A program made the position numbers and the translations under genes. DNA of 64,000 nt from Armatimonadia bacterium (GTDB lineage Bacteria > Armatimonadota > Zipacnadia > Zipacnadales > UBA11051): positions 23,704-87,703 of the forward strand of contig JBDKRC010000137.1 in NCBI GenBank assembly GCA_039683575.1, read 5' to 3'. This document shows, one piece after another, positions 1 to 12,625 of this stretch (the first letter of the stretch is position 1; each line of letters begins with the position of its first letter). Below the pieces are notes generated by a model that did not search any database, was not told where the DNA came from, and saw only the letters and a program-made list of their open reading frames with translations.

Positions 1-385
1 CAGGCACACTCACTCGGGCCGGATCGAAGCTCACCTCAGCGCGCTCGCTCGCGAGGTTCACCGTGACATCATTTACCCCGTCCACTTTCTGCAGCGCCTG
101 CTCGACGCGGTTCACGCAGGCGGCGCAGTGCAGGCCCTTGACCGCCAGCGAGATCCTGCGCCCCAGGGCTACAGCCACGGACGCCTCATAGCCCGAAGCC
201 TCGACTGCGCTGATCAGCCTCTCCGTCGGCAGTTCGTCCACCAGCCGCACCGTGGCGGTCTCGTCCCCGAGGTTCACAACCGCCTCAGTAACCCCGTCCA
301 CGCCCCGCAGTGCTTTCTCCACCCGCGCCACGCACGCGGCACAATGCATGCCCTTGATGTCCAGGCGGGTCGTTTTCTCTGCCAT
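1..385 (-). CDS. copA: Heavy-metal (Cu+) P-type ATPase, N-terminal part; truncated by window edge
   Basis: Manual translation from ATG 385: MAEKTTRLDIKGMHCAACVARVE...KGLHCAACVNRVE, two tandem HMA CxxC domains; next to copZ. Confidence 0.75.
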   Translation of the reverse strand, partial: MAEKTTRLDIKGMHCAACVARVEKALRGVDGVTEAVVNLGDETATVRLVDELPTERLISAVEASGYEASVAVALGRRISLAVKGLHCAACVNRVEQALQKVDGVNDVTVNLASERAEVSFDPARVSVP

Positions 386-406
386 TCAGGGCCTCACAAG
401 GTGGCA

Positions 407-637
407 CTATTTCGCATGCTGGGCGATCCGCGCCTCGTAGCCGGCCTTCTCTACCGCTCTGGTCAGGTCTTCCTCGATCACCCACTTCTCCGCCGTCACC
501 ATTGCCCACTGCGAATCCAGGTCCACTGTCGCCTTCCTGACCCCGGAGACGCTCTTCAAGGCCTGTTCCACGGTGTTGGCGCAGTGCGTGCACGACATGC
601 CGTGGATCTCTATCTCAATTGTCACCAGATTCTCCAT
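407..637 (-). CDS. copZ: Copper chaperone, single HMA domain
   Basis: 76 aa with GMSCTHC motif; GGAGG RBS upstream. Confidence 0.85.
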   Translation of the reverse strand: MENLVTIEIEIHGMSCTHCANTVEQALKSVSGVRKATVDLDSQWAMVTAEKWVIEEDLTRAVEKAGYEARIAQHAK

Positions 638-956
638 CTGTATCCTCCACATGCTCTGGTTCCGCCGCTGGTTTGCCTTTGACGGTCTGGCGGCATTCCT
701 CATAGACGTCTTTCGGCACCAGTTTGAGCGATAGATAGACCAGCAGCGGGAGGATTATGACATCATCGAGCAGGCCAAGCACCGGAATCCAGTCTGGTAT
801 CAGGTCAAAGGGCATCATGGCATAGCCAATCGCCAGTAGCAGCAGCCACCTCGCGATCCGCGGCGTGCGCGGATGGCAGGCCACGAGCCGGTACAGTTGC
901 ACCTGCCGCTTGAACCCGCGTCCCAACTCTCGCAGTCGCTGCGTCACGCGTGCCAT
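615..956 (-). CDS. DUF1232/YkvA family membrane protein
   Basis: YAMMPFDLIPDWIPVLGLLDD motif. Confidence 0.85.
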   Translation of the reverse strand: MARVTQRLRELGRGFKRQVQLYRLVACHPRTPRIARWLLLLAIGYAMMPFDLIPDWIPVLGLLDDVIILPLLVYLSLKLVPKDVYEECRQTVKGKPAAEPEHVEDTDGESGDN

Positions 957-1043
957 GGTTTCTGCCTTCGCCGTTGTCCGTCTGAACCCTCCGCGCCCGT
1001 AGCGCGTATGAACCACTGGACAACCTGGCGAGGAGGAATGAGG

Positions 1044-1508
1044 ATGTTACCCAAGACCACAACTCGGGTGCAGGAGAACACCGCGCCCGAGATCAACGAG
1101 CGCATCCAGCAGGAGATCCGAGATAACGTGCGCATGTACTCGTGCGCTTGCCCGGAGTTGATCGAGAGGCGGCTGCAGGAACTGGACGCCGAGTGGGATA
1201 TCGAGCGAACACTGGAAGCCGGCGCCGGAGCCGTTGGCTTCACCAGCCTTTTGCTCGGCCTGACCGGGAAGCGTGCCTTCCTGGCTCTGCCGGTGCTCAT
1301 CACCGGGTTCCTACTGGTGCATGCCGTGCAGGGCTGGTGCCCGCCGCTGCTATTCCTCCGCCATCTGGGTGTTCGCACCCCCGGCGAGATTGAGCAGGAG
1401 CGTCAGGCGCTCAAGGCCTTGCGCGGGGACTACAAGGGCTTGAAGCCTGTCGGCGAGTGCCACTGCATGGAGGACGTCTCCGCCTATGTTGAGGCCGCCC
1501 AACGCTAG
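1044..1508 (+). CDS. DUF2892/YgaP-like membrane protein
   Basis: EWDIER...HAVQGWCPP motif; AGGAGG RBS. Confidence 0.75.
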   Translation: MLPKTTTRVQENTAPEINERIQQEIRDNVRMYSCACPELIERRLQELDAEWDIERTLEAGAGAVGFTSLLLGLTGKRAFLALPVLITGFLLVHAVQGWCPPLLFLRHLGVRTPGEIEQERQALKALRGDYKGLKPVGECHCMEDVSAYVEAAQR

Positions 1509-1521
1509 TGTCAGAACCATA

Positions 1522-1549
1522 CATGGGAGGGGCAGCCGCCCCTCCCATG
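1522..1549. terminator. Hairpin between convergent genes
   Basis: CATGGGAGGGGC-agcc-GCCCCTCCCATG, perfect 12-bp stem, no clear U tract. Confidence 0.6.
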
Positions 1550-1573
1550 GTGTTGTCCGTTGATTGTCCGTCG

Positions 1574-4078
<2,505 letters not shown>

Positions 4079-4088
4079 ATGTCATCAC

Positions 4089-4763
4089 TCAGTTGATTAT
4101 TCTCGGTCTCCTCCCGCCAAAGCCACCGCGCGACTGGAGCAGGACCATACGTGCCACCATCACGGCCATGGCAAAGACCAGGAGGTTGATAACTACTTGG
4201 TGCTTTTCCTGAAGCCACGGCAACGGCCACAGGATCAGGCTCAGCGCGATCCAGACCAGGGCTGCTACTGCCAGTACCTGTCGTCGGGGGAAACACACCC
4301 TCGTCCGATGCAACCACTGCGCAAGCTCAACGCCACGCCATAGCAGGCCGATGCTTATACCGATACCTATAGCTCCAGTCAGGCGTGCTGAGTGCTCGCT
4401 GGCGCCCATCAGGTACGTAAACGCGCCCCCGATGAGCATCACGCTCGCCTTCAGAAGCCAATACCACTGAGCCACGGCCCGCACCGGCTGGGGGACCTCG
4501 ATGTGCTCCTGTGCGCGCAAGATCTCCGCTGCCTCGTCCGCGCCGTCCGGGGAGGTCCAGACCACTATCGGCAGCACCCCGGGCACGCCCACCTTCAACA
4601 CCGCCGTCTGCGGCTCAAGAGGGACCCGCATTGCCGGCAATCCCGCACCTTTCAAAGTACACACCGCCAGATCGGCCTCAAGCTCCTGAAACAGCCCGTG
4701 GTAGCTGGCTACTGGAACCCACTGGCTGGGTAGACCGGGCGTCATGGCTTGCTCGGCGCTCAT
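4089..4763 (-). CDS. DUF2007-like N-terminal domain plus about 4 TM helices
   Basis: WVPV...EADLAVCTLKGAGLP...DEAAEIL pattern shared with the two upstream genes; hydrophobic C-terminal half. Confidence 0.55.
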   Translation of the reverse strand: MSAEQAMTPGLPSQWVPVASYHGLFQELEADLAVCTLKGAGLPAMRVPLEPQTAVLKVGVPGVLPIVVWTSPDGADEAAEILRAQEHIEVPQPVRAVAQWYWLLKASVMLIGGAFTYLMGASEHSARLTGAIGIGISIGLLWRGVELAQWLHRTRVCFPRRQVLAVAALVWIALSLILWPLPWLQEKHQVVINLLVFAMAVMVARMVLLQSRGGFGGRRPRIIN

Positions 4764-4793
4764 CGGAGCACCCCCTGCGCGACAGATGCACAC

Positions 4794-5021
4794 CTACTCC
4801 TTTAGCAACTCCGCCGCCTCTTCCGCCCGGTCCGGCGGCACCAGCACCCTGATCGTCTCAGGGAATTGGGCGAAAGTGGACTGCATCACCGGGAACCGCA
4901 CCACTGGAATCCCTGCCCCCTCAAGGAAGCTGACGCATGCGTTCGCGGCGCCGTCCGTCCCGAAGTCCGCCACCACCACCCAATCGTCATTCCTGGTGCG
5001 CGGTGATGTCGATTTCGGCAT
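4794..5021 (-). CDS. DUF2007-like small protein
   Basis: DWVVV...FLEGAGIPVVR...VLVPPDRAEEAAELL. Confidence 0.65.
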   Translation of the reverse strand: MPKSTSPRTRNDDWVVVADFGTDGAANACVSFLEGAGIPVVRFPVMQSTFAQFPETIRVLVPPDRAEEAAELLKE

Positions 5022-5256
5022 CGCTCAGCAGCTCCTTGGCGTCGGCTTCCCGGTCCGGCGGCACGAGCACCTTCACCGGCATCATCGGCCCGCCGAACCC
5101 GTCGAACACCACGGGCGCCCCAGACGGTGGGATGCGAACCACCGGAATGGCACTGCCCTCAAGCAGCGATACAACCAGGTCGGCCTCAATATCAGCCTCA
5201 TGCCCCGCGCGGTGCCACACCACGACCCAATCCTCAGTCCGAGCTTCATCCGCCAT
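4987..5256 (-). CDS. DUF2007-like small protein
   Basis: DWVVV...LLEGSAIPVVR...VLVPPDREADAKELL; GAGGAGG RBS. Confidence 0.65.
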   Translation of the reverse strand: MADEARTEDWVVVWHRAGHEADIEADLVVSLLEGSAIPVVRIPPSGAPVVFDGFGGPMMPVKVLVPPDREADAKELLSDAEIDITAHQE

Positions 5257-5274
5257 GTCGGGCCTCCTCTGCGC

Positions 5275-5640
5275 TTACTCGTCCTCCGCCTGGATTCTGA
5301 TCTCCACCCGTTGCCGCTCAGGTGCTGCCTTGAGCCGCAGGGGACCATGGTCCCTCTCATATTTCAGACGCTCGATCTGCCCCTGCAGGTCTGCGATCTG
5401 GTCCAGCAGCTTCAGCACCACATCCACGCCTGCTAGATTGACGCCCAGCTCCTGCGTCAGCCGCTGAATCTGTCGCAGCCGCTCGATGTCGCGCTCCGAG
5501 TACAGCCGCAAGCCCTGAGGCGTCCTCCGTGGCTGCACGAGCCCCGCGCGCTCATACATCCGCAAGGTCTGCGGGTGCGCCGAAATCAGCCGCGCCGCAA
5601 TGCTTATGTAGTAGACCGGTTCGTCTTGAGTATGCTTCAT
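5275..5640 (-). CDS. hspR: Heat-shock repressor HspR (MerR family)
   Basis: PVYYISIAA..HPQTLRMYER.GL..P.RT..G.RLYS..D...LTQELGVNLAGV; downstream of dnaJ. Confidence 0.9.
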   Translation of the reverse strand: MKHTQDEPVYYISIAARLISAHPQTLRMYERAGLVQPRRTPQGLRLYSERDIERLRQIQRLTQELGVNLAGVDVVLKLLDQIADLQGQIERLKYERDHGPLRLKAAPERQRVEIRIQAEDE

Positions 5641-5688
5641 CTATGTCATCCTCCGCCAAGTGACGGAACAATCAACTCTCGAACTCAT

Positions 5689-5774
5689 CTGTACGAGCGA
5701 TCACTGATCGCGACGCCTGCCGCTATCCGTCGCTGGCCCCACCCACTGATCGCGACCGGTGATCGCTCGTACAG
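5689..5774. repeat. 86-bp element with 16-bp terminal inverted repeats and an internal 13-bp direct repeat
   Basis: CTGTACGAGCGATCAC (5689-5704) / GTGATCGCTCGTACAG (5759-5774); CACTGATCGCGAC at 5702 and 5744. Confidence 0.7.
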
Positions 5775-5789
5775 GGAGGGGCAAGTGGG

Positions 5790-6905
5790 CTACTCCAATC
5801 CCTCCCGCACGTCCTCCTCCCAGGTCTGCCCAAACTCTTCCAGCAGTTCCTTCTGCCGCTTGTTCAGCTTCTTGGGCGCCACCAGGTACACCTCGACGTA
5901 CTGGTCTCCCCTGTCCTGGCCGCCCAGTTTCGGCGCGCCCTGCCCGCGCAGGCGGAACCGTTGCCCGCTCTGCGTCCCGGCCGGGATGCTCAGCGACACC
6001 TTGCCATGCACCGTCGGCACGCTAATCTTCGCCCCCAGCGCCGCTTCCACGAAGCTGACCGGAATCTTCACATGGATGTCGTCGCCCTCGCGCTCAAACA
6101 ACTTGTGTGGGTGAACGCGAATTGACATGATCAGATCACCATCCGGTCCTCCGCGCGCGCCTTTGCCGCCCTCTCCTGCCAGCCTGATCTTGCTGCCCGT
6201 GGTCACCCCCGGCGGGATCTTCACATTGATCCGCCGGTTGCGCACCACTTCCCCACCTCCGGCGCACTTCGCGCAGCGGCTCTTGATCTGCTGACCTGTC
6301 CCCTGGCACGACGGGCAAGCCTGCCCCATGCCAAAGAACCCGCCCTCGGTCACGCCCTGGCCCCGGCACGCGGTGCAAGTCGCCACCTGCCCGCCGACGC
6401 CGCCACAATCCGGACAGCGGTCGGCAATACTCAGCGACAGGCCCTTCTGCGCCCCGGTGATCGCTTCCATGAAATCTACAGCGATCTCATGAGTGATATC
6501 CTGACCACGCTCCGGCCCCGTGCGCGTCCCGGCCCGTGCGCGTCCCACGCCACCGCCTTGCCCGGTGCGCATCTGCCCGAACAGGTCCCCAAACAGGTCT
6601 GCAAAGCTCCCCGCGCCATGCTGCTGGTAGACGAAGTTGCCAAAGTCCCCGCCCTGCCACTGCCCGGTCTGCTGGGCCTGCTGCCACTCCTGACCATACT
6701 GGTCATACTTCGCGCGCTTCTCAGAGTCGCTCAGCACCTCATAGGCCTGGCTGATACGCTTGAACCGCTCCTCGGCCTCAGCATTACCAGGATTCACGTC
6801 CGGGTGATGCTTCCGCGCCAGCTTGCGGTAAGCACTCTTAATCTCTTTATCCGAGGCCCCCCGGCTAACGCCGAGCACCTCGTAAAAATCTGGTTCTTTG
6901 GCCAT
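5790..6905 (-). CDS. dnaJ: Chaperone DnaJ
   Basis: J-domain HPD, G/F region, four CxxCxGxG repeats, C-terminal domain. Confidence 0.95.
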   Translation of the reverse strand: MAKEPDFYEVLGVSRGASDKEIKSAYRKLARKHHPDVNPGNAEAEERFKRISQAYEVLSDSEKRAKYDQYGQEWQQAQQTGQWQGGDFGNFVYQQHGAGSFADLFGDLFGQMRTGQGGGVGRARAGTRTGPERGQDITHEIAVDFMEAITGAQKGLSLSIADRCPDCGGVGGQVATCTACRGQGVTEGGFFGMGQACPSCQGTGQQIKSRCAKCAGGGEVVRNRRINVKIPPGVTTGSKIRLAGEGGKGARGGPDGDLIMSIRVHPHKLFEREGDDIHVKIPVSFVEAALGAKISVPTVHGKVSLSIPAGTQSGQRFRLRGQGAPKLGGQDRGDQYVEVYLVAPKKLNKRQKELLEEFGQTWEEDVREGLE

Positions 6906-6913
6906 GTCTGCCT

Positions 6914-7423
6914 TCAGTAAAGTGTCATCCCGCCGGCTACTCCGAGGTGCTTGCGCAGTGATTTGTAGTGCTGCGAATCCGCTGTCCTAAGAACCTCTTT
7001 CAGGGCGTCTTCACTACCACTCAGGAATGTGTTGACTTCCTGCTCCACCTTGTCGCGGTCAAACGTGGGACGGGCTAGAGCATCATCGATTGCAGCACAC
7101 ATCTGGGCAATTGTAGCGTCGGTAATGCCTGCTTGCTTCGCCGTGCTGCGGTAGGCCGGCCACTCAAAATCGGGTATTTGTGACTTGTGGCGAAGGTAAT
7201 CCCGCAGTGTCGCGTGTGTCTGAAGAGTTGCCCGCAGTGTATTCGCCTGGTGCACCGACTGTGCAGTCTCTTCAAGGTCAATCTGCTGCTTAACGAGGCG
7301 ATTCTGCTCCCGCATCTCTTCCACTTGCTCCGCAGAGTGCCGAGCCTGTTTTGATGTGGCCAGCCATGAAAGAAGTGCGAAGCCAGCGCTGAATATGCTG
7401 ATAACCAAGGCAGCGGTAGCCAT
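6914..7423 (-). CDS. Hypothetical protein, N-terminal TM plus coiled coil
   Basis: Fills the hsp20-dnaJ gap; AGGAGG RBS; visibly lower GC than neighbours. Confidence 0.65.
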   Translation of the reverse strand: MATAALVISIFSAGFALLSWLATSKQARHSAEQVEEMREQNRLVKQQIDLEETAQSVHQANTLRATLQTHATLRDYLRHKSQIPDFEWPAYRSTAKQAGITDATIAQMCAAIDDALARPTFDRDKVEQEVNTFLSGSEDALKEVLRTADSQHYKSLRKHLGVAGGMTLY

Positions 7424-7443
7424 GTTCCCCTCCTAAGTTGTCG

Positions 7444-7881
7444 CTACTCCACCACAACCTCAACCTTCCGCGGTGCCGCCTCTGCCAACCTCGGTATCCG
7501 CACCTCAAGCTCCCCCTGACGCAGCTTCGCCGACACTTGCGACAGATCCGCCTCGTCCGGCAGTGGGATCGTGCGGCTGAACGTCCCGTAGGTCCGTTCC
7601 CGCCGCAATACCACCGGGTTCTCGTCCCCCTCTTCCATCTGCTTCGTGCCGCTGATGACCAGCGCCCCGCGCTCCACCTGCACCTCCACGTCGTCCTTCG
7701 CCACCCCCGGCAGGTCCACCAGGACCACCAGCCCCCGCTCGTCGCTCATCAAATCAACCACCGGCGCCAGCATCCCCGCCGGCCTGCACACCCGCTCCTG
7801 CTGCTGCGCCGCGCGGAAGGCCTGCTCCACCCTCGCCCGAAGCTCCCTGATCTCACGCCTCGTGTCCCAGTAGTAGGTCAT
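7444..7881 (-). CDS. Hsp20/alpha-crystallin small heat-shock protein
   Basis: DLPGV..DDV...RERTYGTFSRTIPLP...A.L.QGEL. Confidence 0.9.
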   Translation of the reverse strand: MTYYWDTRREIRELRARVEQAFRAAQQQERVCRPAGMLAPVVDLMSDERGLVVLVDLPGVAKDDVEVQVERGALVISGTKQMEEGDENPVVLRRERTYGTFSRTIPLPDEADLSQVSAKLRQGELEVRIPRLAEAAPRKVEVVVE

Positions 7882-8273
7882 CGCTGCTCCTCCCCCGCCT
7901 GCGCCTTCTTCACCCGCACAGTCAGCACCCCGTCACGCAAACTCGCCGACAGGACCCAGTTCCCCTCTGGCAGCGCCAGCGACCGCTGGAAGCGCCCTGC
8001 GAGCCTCTCGCGCCGGTGATACCGCCCCTCGCGCACCTTCCGTTCGCCGCTGATGCTGAGCGTGCTGCCCTCAAGCTCCACATTCACATCATCCCGCGCC
8101 ACGCCCGGCAGTTCCACCGTCACCACCATGCCCTCCCCCAGCGCGACGATGTCCAGCGCCGGCATGAAGCCCATCCCTGCCTGCCCAGCCCCCGCCGCCT
8201 CGCTCTCCAGCGCGCGATAGAGCCGCCGCCGCAGGTCCAGCAGCGCGTCAAGTTGTTCGGTCATCCCCAGCAT
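7878..8273 (-). CDS. Hsp20/alpha-crystallin small heat-shock protein
   Basis: ELPGV..DDV..ISGER..RERLAGRFQRSL.LP..A.LRDGVL. Confidence 0.9.
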   Translation of the reverse strand: MLGMTEQLDALLDLRRRLYRALESEAAGAGQAGMGFMPALDIVALGEGMVVTVELPGVARDDVNVELEGSTLSISGERKVREGRYHRRERLAGRFQRSLALPEGNWVLSASLRDGVLTVRVKKAQAGEEQR

Positions 8274-8314
8274 GGCCTGCTCCTTCAGCTAACTCTTCAT
8301 CCGACCCGCGGGTG

Positions 8315-8351
8315 GGCCGGATACCGGCGATGAGACTGCCGGTATTCGGCC
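8315..8351 (-). other. Intercistronic stem-loop after dnaK
   Basis: GGCCGGATACCGGC...GCCGGTATTCGGCC. Confidence 0.5.
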
Positions 8352-8366
8352 CCTCCGTTCGTTCGC

Positions 8367-10328
<1,962 letters not shown>

Positions 10329-10344
10329 TCATTTACTGAAACCG

Positions 10345-10374
10345 AGTATAAGACTTGAGTGTATTACTGTCAAG
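10345..10374 (-). promoter_or_regulatory. sigma70 promoter of the dnaK operon overlapped by an HspR HAIR operator
   Basis: Minus strand TTGACA-17-TATACT; CTTGAGT-N7-TGTCAAG at 10354-10374 versus HAIR consensus CTTGAGT-N7-ACTCAAG. Confidence 0.85.
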
Positions 10375-10456
10375 TGTCTGAACGAAATAATGTAGCGCTC
10401 TCCAGTCCCTTCCCTGCTTCTTTGTGACGAATACTTCCCCCCCGGGTTCTAACACT

Positions 10457-10480
10457 CGGGCAAGGATGCCCGCGCTCCAC
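10457..10480. repeat. REP-like palindrome (GTGG variant)
   Basis: CGGGCAAGGATGCCCGCGCTCCAC, similar to the copies at 49601 and 50834. Confidence 0.5.
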
Positions 10481-10528
10481 ACGGCAATAAGGCAGGTCCC
10501 ACCCCCTCACACGCCGAACCCACACCCC

Positions 10529-12622
10529 ATGAACAACCTCCTGTGTCTTCTCGCCGCCGCGGTAGTCATCAGCCTGGCCGCGCCTGCCCGCGCCGCCACC
10601 ATTCGCGTGGACGTCAACTCCATGCCGCGCATCGTCTTCACCGGCGACTCCCAGACCTGCGGCCGCGTCGGCGCCCTCGACTATCCCCAGATGCTCTCGT
10701 GGGAAGTCCCCCTGAGGGTCTTCAACACTGGCGTCGGCGGCACCAGCATCACCCACCTGATCAGGGAGAAGAGCGGCGGCACAGCCACCCTCAAAGCCGG
10801 CGAGAAGGTTGCCCATGGCGAGAAGGTCGGCTGGGGCAGCGGCCCCTATCCCGGTCAGAAGATCCGCTTTGGGACGCAAAACTACGTCGTAGACCGCATC
10901 GAGATGGTCGACTACAAGGCCGCGCTCTACAACGTCTACCTCACCGAGCCGGCCCGCGAGGACTTCACCGGCACCGACTTCTCCGTCGAAGAGGGCTGGC
11001 GCGTCCGCATTGCCGAGATCAAGCCCCAGTACGCCGTCTTCATGTACTCGGTGAACGATCCGAGCTGGACTTCCGAGCAGTTCAAGGGCTACCTCGCCGA
11101 GATCACCCGCCGCTGCCGCGAAAGCAACATCACCCCCATCTTCCTGAGCGGCTTCCCGCTCATGGAAGCCCCCAGCGGGGGCTCCCACCCCGGCACGAAC
11201 GACAATGTGCTCAAGCGCCCCCAGGACATGCTCGAATTCTGCCAGGCCGAGAAGCTCGCCTTCGGCGACGTCTTCCGCACCCTCATGCTCCTCGACGAGC
11301 AGCGCACCTCGGTCTGGGTAGACACCGTCCACCCGACCACCGACGGCTCGCTGCCTGCCATCCAGGCGATGCGATACCTTCTCAAGCAACTGGGCGCGGT
11401 CAGCGGCCCGTTCGTCCGAGGCTACCGCGTGCCCGGTTCCGAACTGCCCTGCACCTTCGACAATCTCTCCCCCATCACGCCCAGCCAGCCCGACTACAAC
11501 GCCAGGAACGAGCCGAGGGACAACGAGTTCGATCTCGAGTCCATCCGCGTCCGCGACGAGTACGGGTTGCTGGCAACGGCTGACGGGCAATGCCTGAAGA
11601 GCGAGCAGCCGCTGGTGCTCGAATTCGGACAGCTTCCGGCGGGAATGCTCGACCAGGCCGCGGTCGAACTGGTGTCGCCGGAGCAAGTACTCGTCTCCTA
11701 TTTCGATCCTGAGAAGAACCAGTGGGTGAAGCTCTGTGAGGGTAGTGGGAAGCTTCGCGGCGAGGTGCCTGCGAAGCTGGCGCAGACAGGGCTTTTGCGC
11801 GTAGCAGTGCAGGGCAAGCCCGTCCTGCTGGACTATGCAGGGCTTGAGTTGAAGGGTGATTTCCCCCCTCCGCCGCCCGCAGCCGCCACGCCGCAACCCC
11901 TCATCTGGCCTGAGCCGGGCCGGTACGCATGGCCCGCGAGCGGCAACCTGATCGCCAACGGCGACCTGACCAGGGCCGCCAGTGGCACTCCCGACTGCTG
12001 GGTGAGGCGCGGAAACGCCGCCTACCAGCCAGCGGGCACGATTGCGAAGGGGACAGGGGATTTCAGAGAGGAGCGTCTCGACCAGTTCCAGGCCGCAGGG
12101 CAGGCCTTCAACAGTTCCGTTCGCCCCTTGGACATGGTAGTCATTGAGAAGGGCCCGGAGGGCGTCACCGGCAACTTTCTCATTCAGAGTATCATAGATG
12201 ACGAAACGCTGGACTTCCGCCGGTTTGCCAAGGCGCCAACCAATGGACTGGCCTTCACGGTCCAGCGCAAGTCAGGCCTTCCGGCGGTGCCAGGGGGTTG
12301 TCTGATTGAGACTGCATCGGGTGGCGAGTGGGAAACGCGGCTGGAACTTGCTCCCGGAACGTATGATCTGACCTTCTACCACCGTGTGTTTGACCCGACC
12401 TCCATGACCGCCAGAAGCCGCCCAGACCGTGTGGCTAAGGTAGAGGTCCTCGACGCCAAGGGCAAAGTTCTGCACACTGCCGTCCCCCGGGAGTGCAGCT
12501 ACTCCTGGCAGCGAGACAGCCTGAGCTTCGATCTGCCGAAGGCTCAGGCTGTCGTAATTCAGGCCACAACGGCTAGTCTCGTGAAGGTTCAGTACACGGG
12601 CTTCGCCCTGCTCAAGCGGTAG
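10529..12622 (+). CDS. Secreted SGNH/GDSL hydrolase with extra beta/CBM-like domains
   Basis: Signal peptide; blocks GDS(QT), NTGVGG, SVND, DTVHP. Confidence 0.75.
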   Translation: MNNLLCLLAAAVVISLAAPARAATIRVDVNSMPRIVFTGDSQTCGRVGALDYPQMLSWEVPLRVFNTGVGGTSITHLIREKSGGTATLKAGEKVAHGEKVGWGSGPYPGQKIRFGTQNYVVDRIEMVDYKAALYNVYLTEPAREDFTGTDFSVEEGWRVRIAEIKPQYAVFMYSVNDPSWTSEQFKGYLAEITRRCRESNITPIFLSGFPLMEAPSGGSHPGTNDNVLKRPQDMLEFCQAEKLAFGDVFRTLMLLDEQRTSVWVDTVHPTTDGSLPAIQAMRYLLKQLGAVSGPFVRGYRVPGSELPCTFDNLSPITPSQPDYNARNEPRDNEFDLESIRVRDEYGLLATADGQCLKSEQPLVLEFGQLPAGMLDQAAVELVSPEQVLVSYFDPEKNQWVKLCEGSGKLRGEVPAKLAQTGLLRVAVQGKPVLLDYAGLELKGDFPPPPPAAATPQPLIWPEPGRYAWPASGNLIANGDLTRAASGTPDCWVRRGNAAYQPAGTIAKGTGDFREERLDQFQAAGQAFNSSVRPLDMVVIEKGPEGVTGNFLIQSIIDDETLDFRRFAKAPTNGLAFTVQRKSGLPAVPGGCLIETASGGEWETRLELAPGTYDLTFYHRVFDPTSMTARSRPDRVAKVEVLDAKGKVLHTAVPRECSYSWQRDSLSFDLPKAQAVVIQATTASLVKVQYTGFALLKR

Positions 12623-12625
12623 GGG

